Below the pieces are notes generated by a model. It searched no databases. It saw nothing but the letters and a program-made list of their open reading frames with translations, and was not told where the DNA came from. Shown here in pieces: positions 28,883 to 37,243 of a stretch of DNA of 49,331 nt. This DNA is from a virus (lineage: Duplodnaviria; Caudoviricetes). The translations under genes were made by a program, and so were the position numbers. Each line of letters starts with the position of its first letter. The stretch's first letter is position 1. Location: positions 1 through 49,331 of the IMG/VR virus record IMGVR_UViG_3300037465_000067; one strand, given 5' to 3'.

Positions 28883-29072
28883 CGTTTATTTCGTAGAACT
28901 TCTGAATCGGGCTGTGAAATCCTTGTGACAAGTACCACCATCTCTTCCAGAATGGAAGCTGATGCCACCAGACCTCATCCCACAACATAGCAAGATGCAG
29001 TTCTAGCCAGCGAATGCGCGCTTCTAGAGGCCAGGGCGGACTGTCTTGAATCGGATGGCGCTCGTATTGCAT
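28872..29072 (-). CDS. Trp-rich hypothetical protein
   Basis: Overlapping start/stop with neighbours. Confidence 0.55.
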   Translation of the reverse strand: MQYERHPIQDSPPWPLEARIRWLELHLAMLWDEVWWHQLPFWKRWWYLSQGFHSPIQKFYEINDGH

Positions 29073-30532
29073 TATGGAGCCACAAAGTAGTGAACGTTAA
29101 CATCTACATCGCCCGTAGCAGAAAGGGCCGCGTTCAGGGCTGTATTCGCTGTCAACTTCCACGGGGGATTGAAGTCTCTATTTACGCCGCCGCCGTCAGC
29201 AGCCATGTTCGCAGTCATCCGGGTCGTCGTTCCGTCCTTGACGTTGCAAGTGACCTTGGACGTGCCGTCGTTAGAGAGAAAGATGTTGGTGACGTAAATG
29301 CTCTGTCCGGCCCCAGGGGCAGCAACGATGGCGTTGTCTCCCGTAGTCGTGATATTGACAACTCTTGGCCCGTGCGTGCTGTCAACCGCCACATTTGCAG
29401 GGAAGTTCTGGACAACAACAATTCGGCCCTGCTGGTCGCCCCAGACATAGCTGATATCGGCATCAGCAACGGCCGTCGGTTCGTTCTGGTTGGCTCTGAC
29501 ACCTAGTTGAACAGGGTTGCCAGCCGCCGCAGCATCATGGGCAACGTCGCCTTGAACTTCTATTTTGTTGGCTGTCTCAGCGGCAACCTGGACGTTGAAG
29601 GTGCCAGTGCCAGCGTTGGCTGTCACTGTGCCATCTACTGTCAGCGACCCGCCATTGTCATCAACGGAGAGAACGCCGGTTGAATCGGTCGCCACGGTGA
29701 CTCTAACCGCCGCAGCTTCGGTTCCAGCGCCCAGCGGAGAGGCAATATCCACATCTCCGATGTTGTTGGTTCCTGCGTTAAGGTTTGCCGAAACTGTGCC
29801 ATCTACTGTCAGCGACCCACCAGCATCTCCAACTTGGACAGGATTGGTATTAGTCCCACCCGCCACGGCTCCGCCGGAAGCAGGCAACGCAATTCCGGTA
29901 AGCGGAACATTCTGAGTGCCAGTTCCTGTATCGTAGTCAAGAACGTGAGCCGACGGAAGCGTGGTCGCAGTTGCCGCAAGACGAAAACTCGCCTGGCCAG
30001 TGCCGCCATTGGTGTATTGAACGCGCCAGTAGCGGGCACGAATGGGAGCAATAATCGTGGTTGTGGTGTTGGCAGAAACCGAAGCCGCCGCTACGGTACG
30101 GGTAAAGTTCGCGTCAGCCGAGTCGTCGGATTCCTGGATAATGAATCCATCGGTAGCCGAGGCAACATCCGCCCTGGCCGTCGCCTCCACCCACATGATG
30201 CCGTCTTGAGAACCGTCTTGAAACGTCTGAGTAAAGACGCCATCAATTCCTAAATTGGCCGTGGTGAGCGTTTCGCCGTCTTTGCGCTGAATGGGACGAG
30301 TAACCATCCCGTATTCGGTGTGGGCTGGCTGGGTGTTGGTAACACCCGCAATCTCGGCAGCGGCCCCGTCTCCGGCAACAACGATGAGTTCTCTGTCCTT
30401 GGACGCCAGCGTAACAGTGTCAACTTCGGTGCCTGTAGAGTTTGGCGGCAGAATAATCGTCCCGCGCTCGCTGTCGGGCAAGAAGTGTCCAAGCGCAGCA
30501 AGTCTGTCGAGAAGCTGTTTAATCGTTGTCAT
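29072..30532 (-). CDS. Fibre-like virion protein with internal repeat
   Basis: GGGAG RBS before ATG 30532; repeat GGSLTVDGTV(S/T)AN twice. Confidence 0.7.
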   Translation of the reverse strand: MTTIKQLLDRLAALGHFLPDSERGTIILPPNSTGTEVDTVTLASKDRELIVVAGDGAAAEIAGVTNTQPAHTEYGMVTRPIQRKDGETLTTANLGIDGVFTQTFQDGSQDGIMWVEATARADVASATDGFIIQESDDSADANFTRTVAAASVSANTTTTIIAPIRARYWRVQYTNGGTGQASFRLAATATTLPSAHVLDYDTGTGTQNVPLTGIALPASGGAVAGGTNTNPVQVGDAGGSLTVDGTVSANLNAGTNNIGDVDIASPLGAGTEAAAVRVTVATDSTGVLSVDDNGGSLTVDGTVTANAGTGTFNVQVAAETANKIEVQGDVAHDAAAAGNPVQLGVRANQNEPTAVADADISYVWGDQQGRIVVVQNFPANVAVDSTHGPRVVNITTTGDNAIVAAPGAGQSIYVTNIFLSNDGTSKVTCNVKDGTTTRMTANMAADGGGVNRDFNPPWKLTANTALNAALSATGDVDVNVHYFVAP

Positions 30533-30803
30533 TTTCAAACTCCCTGCATGTAGGGCACCAGACTGCTCCGTCTGCATAAGTATAATAAGTCTTTGTCGGC
30601 AGATGGCACTTCTCGCACGCAGCGGTTACAGCCGAGTTCTGGACAAGGCCGACCTCAGCCACAGAAGAATGTACCGGCGTGTCGGGCTTGCGATGCCGAC
30701 TGTAATACCACCACTCAATTCGTTGAACGGTCTTCATCAGGGCGATGGCGATAAACGCCGCGATAAAGATTCCGGGCCAGTTTAGATGAAAGTCCATATC
30801 CAC
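30519..30803 (-). CDS. TM protein with C-terminal zinc ribbon
   Basis: TM helix, CEKC...CPTC. Confidence 0.6.
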   Translation of the reverse strand: MDMDFHLNWPGIFIAAFIAIALMKTVQRIEWWYYSRHRKPDTPVHSSVAEVGLVQNSAVTAACEKCHLPTKTYYTYADGAVWCPTCREFENDND

Positions 30804-30946
30804 TCCATTAACTCTTTTCCAAGCGACACAAAGAAGAACATTCTGCCAACGCCTAGCAACAAAAGGCTGCCCGGACCCGGCGGATTACCGGCGGCGGGCG
30901 GAGGCCAGTTGGGGTCGTTTAAGAAGAAAAACTTGTATCCTACCAA
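30782..30946 (-). CDS. 54-aa protein paralogous to 30885-31130 (not in ORF track)
   Basis: TTG start; MVGYKFFFLNDPNWPPPAAGNPPGPGSLLLLGVGR... Confidence 0.5.
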   Translation of the reverse strand: MVGYKFFFLNDPNWPPPAAGNPPGPGSLLLLGVGRMFFFVSLGKELMEWIWTFI

Positions 30947-31130
30947 GATACACCCACAATGCTTCTATGACTGCAATCATCCGATGCATCCTGCGCCCCA
31001 CATTAGACCTGACCCTTGAACGCTGGAATCGAATACCGTATGGGTCAGTAACCGGAACCCTGGACGCAGGAGCCGCCGGAGGCCACGCGGGGTCTTCGAG
31101 GTAAAAACTCTTGATTGAGACTTGAGGCAT
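30885..31130 (-). CDS. Hypothetical protein
   Basis: Starts 2 nt after upstream stop; KSFYLEDPAWPPAA. Confidence 0.55.
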   Translation of the reverse strand: MPQVSIKSFYLEDPAWPPAAPASRVPVTDPYGIRFQRSRVRSNVGRRMHRMIAVIEALWVYLGRIQVFLLKRPQLASARRR

Positions 31131-31132
31131 GG

Positions 31133-31546
31133 CTAAGAGTCCTTGTAGAAGACACAGAATATATTAAAGCTGTCCAGATTGGCTAAACCAGAACTTGTCA
31201 GCAACAAGTCTCCCGTAAACCCTGCCGCAGCCTTGTCATTGGCAGGCTTGCCGCCGTTTGGCGCATCGGTATAATCGCGGATAAAGACGTGGGTAGCATC
31301 GGTATGGCTGACCAGCCGCTCGACTTCCTGGTCGGTGGTTGCGTCCATCTCGAAAATCAGCGAGAAGTTGCCGTTCATAATGACATCCAGCGAGCGGATT
31401 TTGATGCTGGCTGGAGCTGGAGACAAGGCGGAAATGTCAACCAAGACGGTATCTGTCAGAGCTGTCCCGTCTGAAGACAGAACGTAATGAATTGAACCCT
31501 TCGTTCCGTCCCAGACTGTCTGGTTGATGTTTACAGTGTTTGCCAT
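31133..31546 (-). CDS. Virion structural protein
   Basis: GAGG RBS; GFTGDLLLT motif; follows the capsid genes. Confidence 0.65.
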   Translation of the reverse strand: MANTVNINQTVWDGTKGSIHYVLSSDGTALTDTVLVDISALSPAPASIKIRSLDVIMNGNFSLIFEMDATTDQEVERLVSHTDATHVFIRDYTDAPNGGKPANDKAAAGFTGDLLLTSSGLANLDSFNIFCVFYKDS

Positions 31547-31549
31547 GAA

Positions 31550-31894
31550 TTAAACCTCGTGGGGAACTAATGTCGGTCCTCGCCCGATGTTATAGGGCGG
31601 CTTCTGAAATCTTGGCCCCGACCACTCGTAGCTGCAACAATCGGGAACCGCGTCTTGTGGGCGGGGATACTGCGGAATGCATTTACTGTCGGCAACATAA
31701 CGCCCCATGTGCATGAGCTTAATCGGCATCCCGGCCCAGCGCTTGTCCCAGACCTTGCAGCGGGTTGCTTGGGATTGGCCGGGAACATTCAGAATCTCCA
31801 GATTCTCACAGTTCAAAACAATATAGCCGCTGCCGTCAGGAACAAACGTCTGGCAACAGCGGCCACAAGAATTGCATTTTCCAGTCCAAGACAT
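31550..31894 (-). CDS. YkgJ-like CxxCxxCC cysteine-cluster protein
   Basis: GKCNSCGRCC...C..L...RCKVWDKR...C..YP. Confidence 0.7.
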   Translation of the reverse strand: MSWTGKCNSCGRCCQTFVPDGSGYIVLNCENLEILNVPGQSQATRCKVWDKRWAGMPIKLMHMGRYVADSKCIPQYPRPQDAVPDCCSYEWSGPRFQKPPYNIGRGPTLVPHEV

Positions 31895-31902
31895 TGGGCC
31901 TC

Positions 31903-32352
31903 TTAGACAGGAATCAAGTCAACGGAAATGCAGACTCCAGCCGAAGCTGTGGTTACGCCCACAATGTCCACAGCCAGGCGGTCTCCAACGGCCAGTTCCA
32001 GCACCGACCCCGTTGCAAGAGTTCCTACTTGGACAGTGTTTACTGTGGCCTTCAGGTTAAATTCATTGGCAGTATGAACAGCCGTTCCAGTAGAAGGGGT
32101 TTCTGTTCCGGTGCATTTGTTGACTTCTGCTGTAAGTGTCCCGGCATCGGTTCCAGCCGTCGAGTGTATCTCCCGAACCGCCGCAACCCGCCACGGACGC
32201 TGCGCAATAAAAAACGCGCTGTCCACAACTTCGGCGTTAGCCTTGGCCACATAAGAAACCGTTAAAAGCTGGCGGTCTCGCGGCTTGTCGGCACCGCTGA
32301 CCGTCTCCTGGATTGCAAGCTGCGAAAGATGCGTAATTCCAGTATTTGCCAT
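31903..32352 (-). CDS. Virion structural protein
   Basis: GAGGT RBS; directly downstream of capsid; LAVGDRLAVD. Confidence 0.65.
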   Translation of the reverse strand: MANTGITHLSQLAIQETVSGADKPRDRQLLTVSYVAKANAEVVDSAFFIAQRPWRVAAVREIHSTAGTDAGTLTAEVNKCTGTETPSTGTAVHTANEFNLKATVNTVQVGTLATGSVLELAVGDRLAVDIVGVTTASAGVCISVDLIPV

Positions 32353-32472
32353 TTATGATACCTCGGTATGAGTGGGCTGATTCCGGCTCAGCCCCCAAGC
32401 CGTCCCGTCAACCGCAGTTGGCCGGGAAAGGTAATTGACCACGCTTCGTGCTTAAGAGTCAAGTTTCTGATT

Positions 32473-33414
32473 CTAAGCACCGGAGCTTCCAAACATCCCC
32501 GATCCGTTATTTGTCCAATCGGTGTCGTACCTTGTCCACGCCGCGTGTTTCAGGGTTCGCGTGTCAAAATCAACATCGTTCATGGTGTTGAAAGCCTCGC
32601 GTTCCAGGAACACAAGCGGATAGGGGCTGAGCTGCGACTTATCTGCCAGCAGGAACCATGCATCAGTGTCCGTCAGATAGTGGCAGACGATTATCTGCAT
32701 CCCGGCGGTGTTGTAGCTGTCCACGCGGAACGCGTTGGTTGCATTGTTCGCTGTATCGGGACGGAGCTGGGACTGAAGAACTTCCCTGACATCCCATTCC
32801 AGGTCGGGAGGAATGAGAATCTTCGCCGGAACCAGCATTTGCCGCTTGCCGCGCCCGTCGCGGAAGTTGGCAAAGTCAATCTGGGCCGTGCGAAGCGAAG
32901 TAATCGAGAAGTCAGCCGACGTCGCCAGCTCGTTGCGGAAAGTTACACCGTCTTCCCGCAAGTGTGCCGTCGAGAACAATTCAACGCCGTCAGCGCCGGT
33001 AAACGAAGAATTGAACCCGTTATTGAAGATGTCGGCGGTGATGATGTTTCGGGATTCGGTGTCTGATTCTCCAAGCCCTTGAGCCAGATTGCGTACCGGC
33101 CCCAGCCTGTCATCGTCAAACGCCAGCCGTGAGACCTGATACCCCAGAGCGTACTGAAGGGGCGTCAGCGTCTTGTCGAAACCCTGAATGGGGGAGTCGT
33201 AAGTGACCGGAGCGCCCTCATCGGTTTCAACCATCAGCCCGAACTTGGTAAACGATGTGTATTGCTCGTGAGGCCGATTGGTCGAGCGCATGTCGAAGAC
33301 TTGCTCGTACCAGCGCGGCCTGAGCTTCTGGCCGTAGTCAACCGCTTCATTCAAGAACGGCAGCGCGGCAGTTGTCAGCCAGTCTGGGAAAGACAGCCTG
33401 TTGGTGATTGCCAT
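32473..33414 (-). CDS. Major capsid protein (Mu gpT-like)
   Basis: EGAPVTYD, ADIFNNGF, GADGVELFSTAH, ILIPPDLE, YLTDTDAWFL, MFGSSGA; GGAGG RBS. Confidence 0.9.
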   Translation of the reverse strand: MAITNRLSFPDWLTTAALPFLNEAVDYGQKLRPRWYEQVFDMRSTNRPHEQYTSFTKFGLMVETDEGAPVTYDSPIQGFDKTLTPLQYALGYQVSRLAFDDDRLGPVRNLAQGLGESDTESRNIITADIFNNGFNSSFTGADGVELFSTAHLREDGVTFRNELATSADFSITSLRTAQIDFANFRDGRGKRQMLVPAKILIPPDLEWDVREVLQSQLRPDTANNATNAFRVDSYNTAGMQIIVCHYLTDTDAWFLLADKSQLSPYPLVFLEREAFNTMNDVDFDTRTLKHAAWTRYDTDWTNNGSGMFGSSGA

Positions 33415-33439
33415 TTATAAATCCTCCGTATAAGAACGT

Positions 33440-33461
33440 GGGGGCTACCGAAGCAGCCCCC
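33440..33461 (-). promoter_or_regulatory. cUUCGg hairpin just upstream of the capsid gene RBS (stabiliser or weak terminator)
   Basis: GGGGGCTGC-TTCG-GTAGCCCCC on - strand, weak U tail. Confidence 0.6.
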
Positions 33462-33468
33462 GTTACAA

Positions 33469-33993
33469 CTAGATTCCTGCCTTGAGGTCGAACTCGCTGA
33501 GGTCGTTGATGTAAACGAACCAGCGGGCGTTTGTTCCCTGTGCATTGTTCGCATAGGGAGCAATCTCAAGCAGCCTGACATCAAGAGTGGATGTCGTTGC
33601 CACGGTACTCGAATCAATTTCTGACTGAGCAAGGCCCGTGGTCGTGTTGGCGTCGGCAACGATGATTGTCGCGTTCAAGCCTTCTGACGCCGCCGCAATC
33701 GCTCCGCCGTCTGAATCTTCTTGCGCCACAAACACCGTTCTCGCGTCTGCGTAGGGAACAAAATGATTCGTCAGCGTTGACGCAGCGCCAAAATTCAGCG
33801 ATGCCCCCAGAAACGGCCCGCCAGCCGCCGACCGAGCAACCGTGTCAACCGCCGAGGTGCGGTTCACCAGGTCTCCGATGCCCAGCACCACAGCGTCGGC
33901 TGCGGCTTTAATCCAAACTCTGCCCACTTCGGCCCCACCAGCGTAATGCCTTGCGGGAAGGAAGCCAAAAGGGCGGTCTTCGTTGGTTGCCAT
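33469..33993 (-). CDS. Capsid decoration/cement-like protein
   Basis: GGAGGT RBS; MATNEDRPFGFLP; directly upstream of capsid gene. Confidence 0.7.
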   Translation of the reverse strand: MATNEDRPFGFLPARHYAGGAEVGRVWIKAAADAVVLGIGDLVNRTSAVDTVARSAAGGPFLGASLNFGAASTLTNHFVPYADARTVFVAQEDSDGGAIAAASEGLNATIIVADANTTTGLAQSEIDSSTVATTSTLDVRLLEIAPYANNAQGTNARWFVYINDLSEFDLKAGI

Positions 33994-34043
33994 GGATGAT
34001 ACCTCCGTATAATTCCGCGCAGACAAACCCGTCTGCTGGGCAG

Positions 34044-34074
34044 AGCATAGCAAGCTGTCTATTTATGCTGTCAA
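34044..34074 (-). promoter_or_regulatory. Candidate sigma70-type promoter for capsid genes
   Basis: TTGACA-N19-TATGCT with extended TG; spacer is long. Confidence 0.4.
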
Positions 34075-34085
34075 GAAAAGAATTG

Positions 34086-34727
34086 TTATGCCGAAGAATG
34101 TTTTGATATGGCCCTAGGGTGGATATTGGCCTGGACCGCTATTTGACGAACTCTTTCTCTGGAAATACCATGAATTCTACCAACTTCTGCAAAGCTTCTC
34201 CCTCGACCAATTTCCATTATTATGTGACTGTATTTGCCTTTATATTGACCACAAGAAGGAATTGGTTCCCTAACGGTGTACCTGTCTAACATGCTTTGAA
34301 TTCCATCCATGGCTTTTGCCTTTTTGGTTACAAGATGTGGAATAATGCAGTTTAAAAGCCAAAGGACTTGATTTTGCTTAAACAGTACCCACGTCCAGCA
34401 CGGTTTATATTTTGGGTTGTGATGCGTTCTCGCATAGCACGACCCACCACAAAGAAACAGAAGTCGGTCTATCATCTTTTTATCTGTGTTGCCAACAGAA
34501 ATTCTTACCTGTCGAGTGTTTTTTACGAGGCAGATTGACCCCTCTCCATCTATTATTCCTGCTATCCAGCCAAGCTCTGCGTCTGATAGGTTTTTTATAT
34601 ACAAATCAGACCTTGAGAAGCTGTGGGGGCTAGAAACCCTAGGGCCGCCGCAAAAGGGACAGCGACAATCCGCTTTATGTCTTGGGTTTTTCCCTGCACG
34701 GATACCTTCTTTACACGAAATCATCAT
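34086..34727 (-). CDS. Free-standing LAGLIDADG homing endonuclease with C-terminal HTH
   Basis: WIAGIIDGEGSI, PHLVTKK, SFAEVGRIHGISRERVRQI; visibly AT-richer than flanks. Confidence 0.88.
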   Translation of the reverse strand: MMISCKEGIRAGKNPRHKADCRCPFCGGPRVSSPHSFSRSDLYIKNLSDAELGWIAGIIDGEGSICLVKNTRQVRISVGNTDKKMIDRLLFLCGGSCYARTHHNPKYKPCWTWVLFKQNQVLWLLNCIIPHLVTKKAKAMDGIQSMLDRYTVREPIPSCGQYKGKYSHIIMEIGRGRSFAEVGRIHGISRERVRQIAVQANIHPRAISKHSSA

Positions 34728-34730
34728 ATG

Positions 34731-35075
34731 CTAACCATGATGCTTTAGTTTCTGATATGGCTTGTCGGTATCTCTGAATATGGGGTCTCTTTCATAGCGT
34801 CTTTCAGAACACTTGAGACAAATTAAGGCATATTCACTGGCACCGTTATCCCAATACCTGACGGCCAGAGCGCCAGGCGGCAACGGAGCCTTGCAGTCGA
34901 AACAATAGAAACAGTAATTGTCGCTGAAGTTGGCGTATTCTCTGGCTTGCGCAGTCCTGTCAAGCTGTCTGTCGAGACATCTGCCGCAGATTCCCACCCT
35001 TTTGACAATTTCAAAGGGACTCAGAAATCTTGAACATAACCGGCATTTGACGCGATTCGAGATAACCGCAGTCAC
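34731..35075 (-). CDS. Zinc-finger hypothetical protein
   Basis: GTG start overlapping upstream TGA; four CxxC pairs. Confidence 0.6.
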   Translation of the reverse strand: MTAVISNRVKCRLCSRFLSPFEIVKRVGICGRCLDRQLDRTAQAREYANFSDNYCFYCFDCKAPLPPGALAVRYWDNGASEYALICLKCSERRYERDPIFRDTDKPYQKLKHHG

Positions 35076-35794
35076 TTCTTGCCGCCCATAAATATATACA
35101 CCCGGCGCTTGGAGCGTGCCTCGGCTTCCCTTTGCAGATGTTCCCGCATCTCTTCCCGCGAAGCTCCGCGAGTATATCCGCCGCCCTTGCCAAACCTGGG
35201 ACGCTGACCGACAATAAAGCCAGGAGTTCCTGGATTGGCTGTGTCGCATCCTGGAGCAATAACTTCGGCTTCGATTCCCTGAGCCTGAAGCTGACGGGCC
35301 GCTTGCTCCATCTTGGCAATCTGGCCGTATTGTACGTCTCGAACGTTTGAGCTTGACCTCTCGGCAACCCGGCGGCGGTAAGACTCGGCCATCTTTTTCG
35401 GCATGGCAGCAAGAAACATGTCGTTGCCGCGCCGGATTCCTTCGGGATACTTCACGTCGCCCTTGAAAAGCTGCCAGCCGTTGTAGCCGTCTCCCTTGTT
35501 GTCCAGCTTGTAGCGGGACACCCAGCGCCACGCAAGATGGGGATAGCGGCGCTTAACGTCGGCAGGAACGTAAAGCGGAGACAGCGACTCGTCGTGTTCC
35601 CACAGAGCCGCTTCTTTCGGGTCCAGCGTGTACTGAAAGTAGTCAAGTTTCCGGTCAAGTTCATCTTTGAACTTCCCGACCACGGGAGCATCGGCCTTCT
35701 TCTGACGCTTGGGACGCGGCCCGCCGCAAAACGGACACTTGCAGTCCGGCTTGTGACGCGGATTTCGTCCCTTCTTAACCGTTTCTTCTGACAT
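35072..35794 (-). CDS. Head-module hypothetical protein with N-terminal HxxxCxCxxC motif
   Basis: GAGG RBS; between scaffold and capsid genes. Confidence 0.7.
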   Translation of the reverse strand: MSEETVKKGRNPRHKPDCKCPFCGGPRPKRQKKADAPVVGKFKDELDRKLDYFQYTLDPKEAALWEHDESLSPLYVPADVKRRYPHLAWRWVSRYKLDNKGDGYNGWQLFKGDVKYPEGIRRGNDMFLAAMPKKMAESYRRRVAERSSSNVRDVQYGQIAKMEQAARQLQAQGIEAEVIAPGCDTANPGTPGFIVGQRPRFGKGGGYTRGASREEMREHLQREAEARSKRRVYIFMGGKK

Positions 35795-35796
35795 GG

Positions 35797-36588
35797 CTAT
35801 TTTTGTCCTCTCGATAGAAATTCAATCGCTACTCCACTGGCCCCGCCAAATGCTGTTCCCTGGAAGGCTCTCTTGGCAGCGCCCTTCCAGTGAGACTCGG
35901 CTTCGGGTGAGTCGGGACTGATTCCGTAAAAGCCCTGGAAGAACCTGCGGTAAGAAGCGTCAGCCCGCTTCTCGGCAATCCATTCCTTTGTCCATTCGTC
36001 TTCTGACTTGGGCTGGCCGGGAGTGTCTTCCACGCGGCTTGTGCCGGGAAGTTGTGTCTGTTGTACCGCCTGGCGACCCGCTTGGTTTGGCTGGGCTGGA
36101 GCAGCGGGCTGTTGCTGGCGCTTGGCGGCAACCCTTAACTGAGCGTTTCTGACAGCAAGGGTTTCTTTGGCTTCTTGCGGCCATTCTGAATAGGCAGGGT
36201 TCTGGTTAAGAAGCTGAAACTCAGCGGCCGCTTCTTTCTGAACTTCAGGGTCGCTAGCTTCTTGAACAAGCTGCGCCCGGTGAATCATCTGATAGGCAAT
36301 CTGCTCGGCAACCTTTCTGGCGCGAGCGTCAATTCCCCTGGCGGTAGTGTCGTCAAATACTCCCGAAGGGTCGGGGTCGGCAGGCTGTGTCGGCTTCTGT
36401 TGCTGGGCAAGAAACTGGCCAAGCCGCTCTTGATAGCCAACATTTAAGTCATAGAGCTTCTGACGCTCTGTCCTTTCTTGCTCAAGCGCAGACTTAAGCG
36501 ATTCCAGTTCGGCTGACAGGTCGGGCTTGGGTGGCTCAGCCGTGGCTGGCGTAGTTTGGGGATTAGGGTTCTGTGTTTCTTCTGCCAT
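35797..36588 (-). CDS. Putative capsid scaffolding protein
   Basis: AGGAGG RBS; acidic, Pro/Gln-rich, coiled coil; between portal and capsid. Confidence 0.7.
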   Translation of the reverse strand: MAEETQNPNPQTTPATAEPPKPDLSAELESLKSALEQERTERQKLYDLNVGYQERLGQFLAQQQKPTQPADPDPSGVFDDTTARGIDARARKVAEQIAYQMIHRAQLVQEASDPEVQKEAAAEFQLLNQNPAYSEWPQEAKETLAVRNAQLRVAAKRQQQPAAPAQPNQAGRQAVQQTQLPGTSRVEDTPGQPKSEDEWTKEWIAEKRADASYRRFFQGFYGISPDSPEAESHWKGAAKRAFQGTAFGGASGVAIEFLSRGQK

Positions 36589-36596
36589 TTTTCCTC

Positions 36597-36818
36597 CTAC
36601 CGAATTCCAATCTTCCCCAAGGCGCTGAAAACCCGCCCGCCCTTTTCGCCAAAGGGTTCATGGGGATTCTTTTTCTTCATTTTCTTGCGGCTTAGTCCGG
36701 CTTCTGAAAGTGCGATGGCAACAGCTTGGTCACGACTAGCCACCTTCCGACCAGAGCCGGACCTCAACTTTCCGCGCTTAAATTCGGACATGACCTTGTA
36801 AACTTTGTTGTGTGCCAC
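36597..36818 (-). CDS. DUF6496-like basic protein
   Basis: KVMSEFKRGKLRSGSG.KV.SRDQAVAIALSEAG. Confidence 0.8.
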   Translation of the reverse strand: MAHNKVYKVMSEFKRGKLRSGSGRKVASRDQAVAIALSEAGLSRKKMKKKNPHEPFGEKGGRVFSALGKIGIR

Positions 36819-36827
36819 AATTAACTC

Positions 36828-36935
36828 CTATTTGATTCCATGAGCGGTGTTCTTGAACACCTTCTTGCCGCCGCCCGACTGCTTCTTGCCAGCTCCAGAC
36901 TTGGAGCCGCCGGGGTTCTTATAGACCTTGGCCAT
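36828..36935 (-). CDS. 35-aa Lys/Gly-rich peptide (not in ORF track)
   Basis: GGAGGT RBS; MAKVYKNPGGSKSGAGKKQSGGGKKVFKNTAHGIK. Confidence 0.7.
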   Translation of the reverse strand: MAKVYKNPGGSKSGAGKKQSGGGKKVFKNTAHGIK

Positions 36936-36991
36936 TTTTCTGATACCTCCATGCATGAGTTTTGAGAATCCGATTCTTGTGACAATAGCCA

Positions 36992-37243
36992 TTACTTGCC
37001 CTTCATCAGCCTGGATAAATAGGGACTCTTGTTACTGGCCTCTTTTGCCAGGGTCTCTGGAAACGACAGAACAATCCGGTAAGCCCTGCGCCTTCCAACA
37101 GCAACACCATGCTCATAAGGGTCGGCAATTTCAAGCTCGCTGTCAGCATGGTTAATCAATTCGCTGATTCTTTCAGAGACTTCTTTCCAGACAGGAGATT
37201 GAAAGAATTCTTCGACTTGTGCCTTGCTGAATTGCCTAGCCAA
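36992..37243 (-). CDS. Small head-module protein downstream of portal
   Basis: Overlaps portal stop; F.QSPVWKEV pattern. Confidence 0.65.
   Translation of the reverse strand: MARQFSKAQVEEFFQSPVWKEVSERISELINHADSELEIADPYEHGVAVGRRRAYRIVLSFPETLAKEASNKSPYLSRLMKGK

Noticed and set aside
24966-30532. Diversity-generating retroelement acting on tail genes
   Set aside because: No reverse transcriptase and no template/variable repeat pair with adenine-specific differences noticed
34086-34727. Group I intron or intein hosting the LAGLIDADG gene
   Set aside because: ORF is free-standing between intact genes with no room for an intron core and no intein termini
35076-35531. 5' extension of track ORF 34731-35531
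   Set aside because: Overlaps the 240-aa gene in another frame; the GTG at 35075 overlapping its stop is the better start
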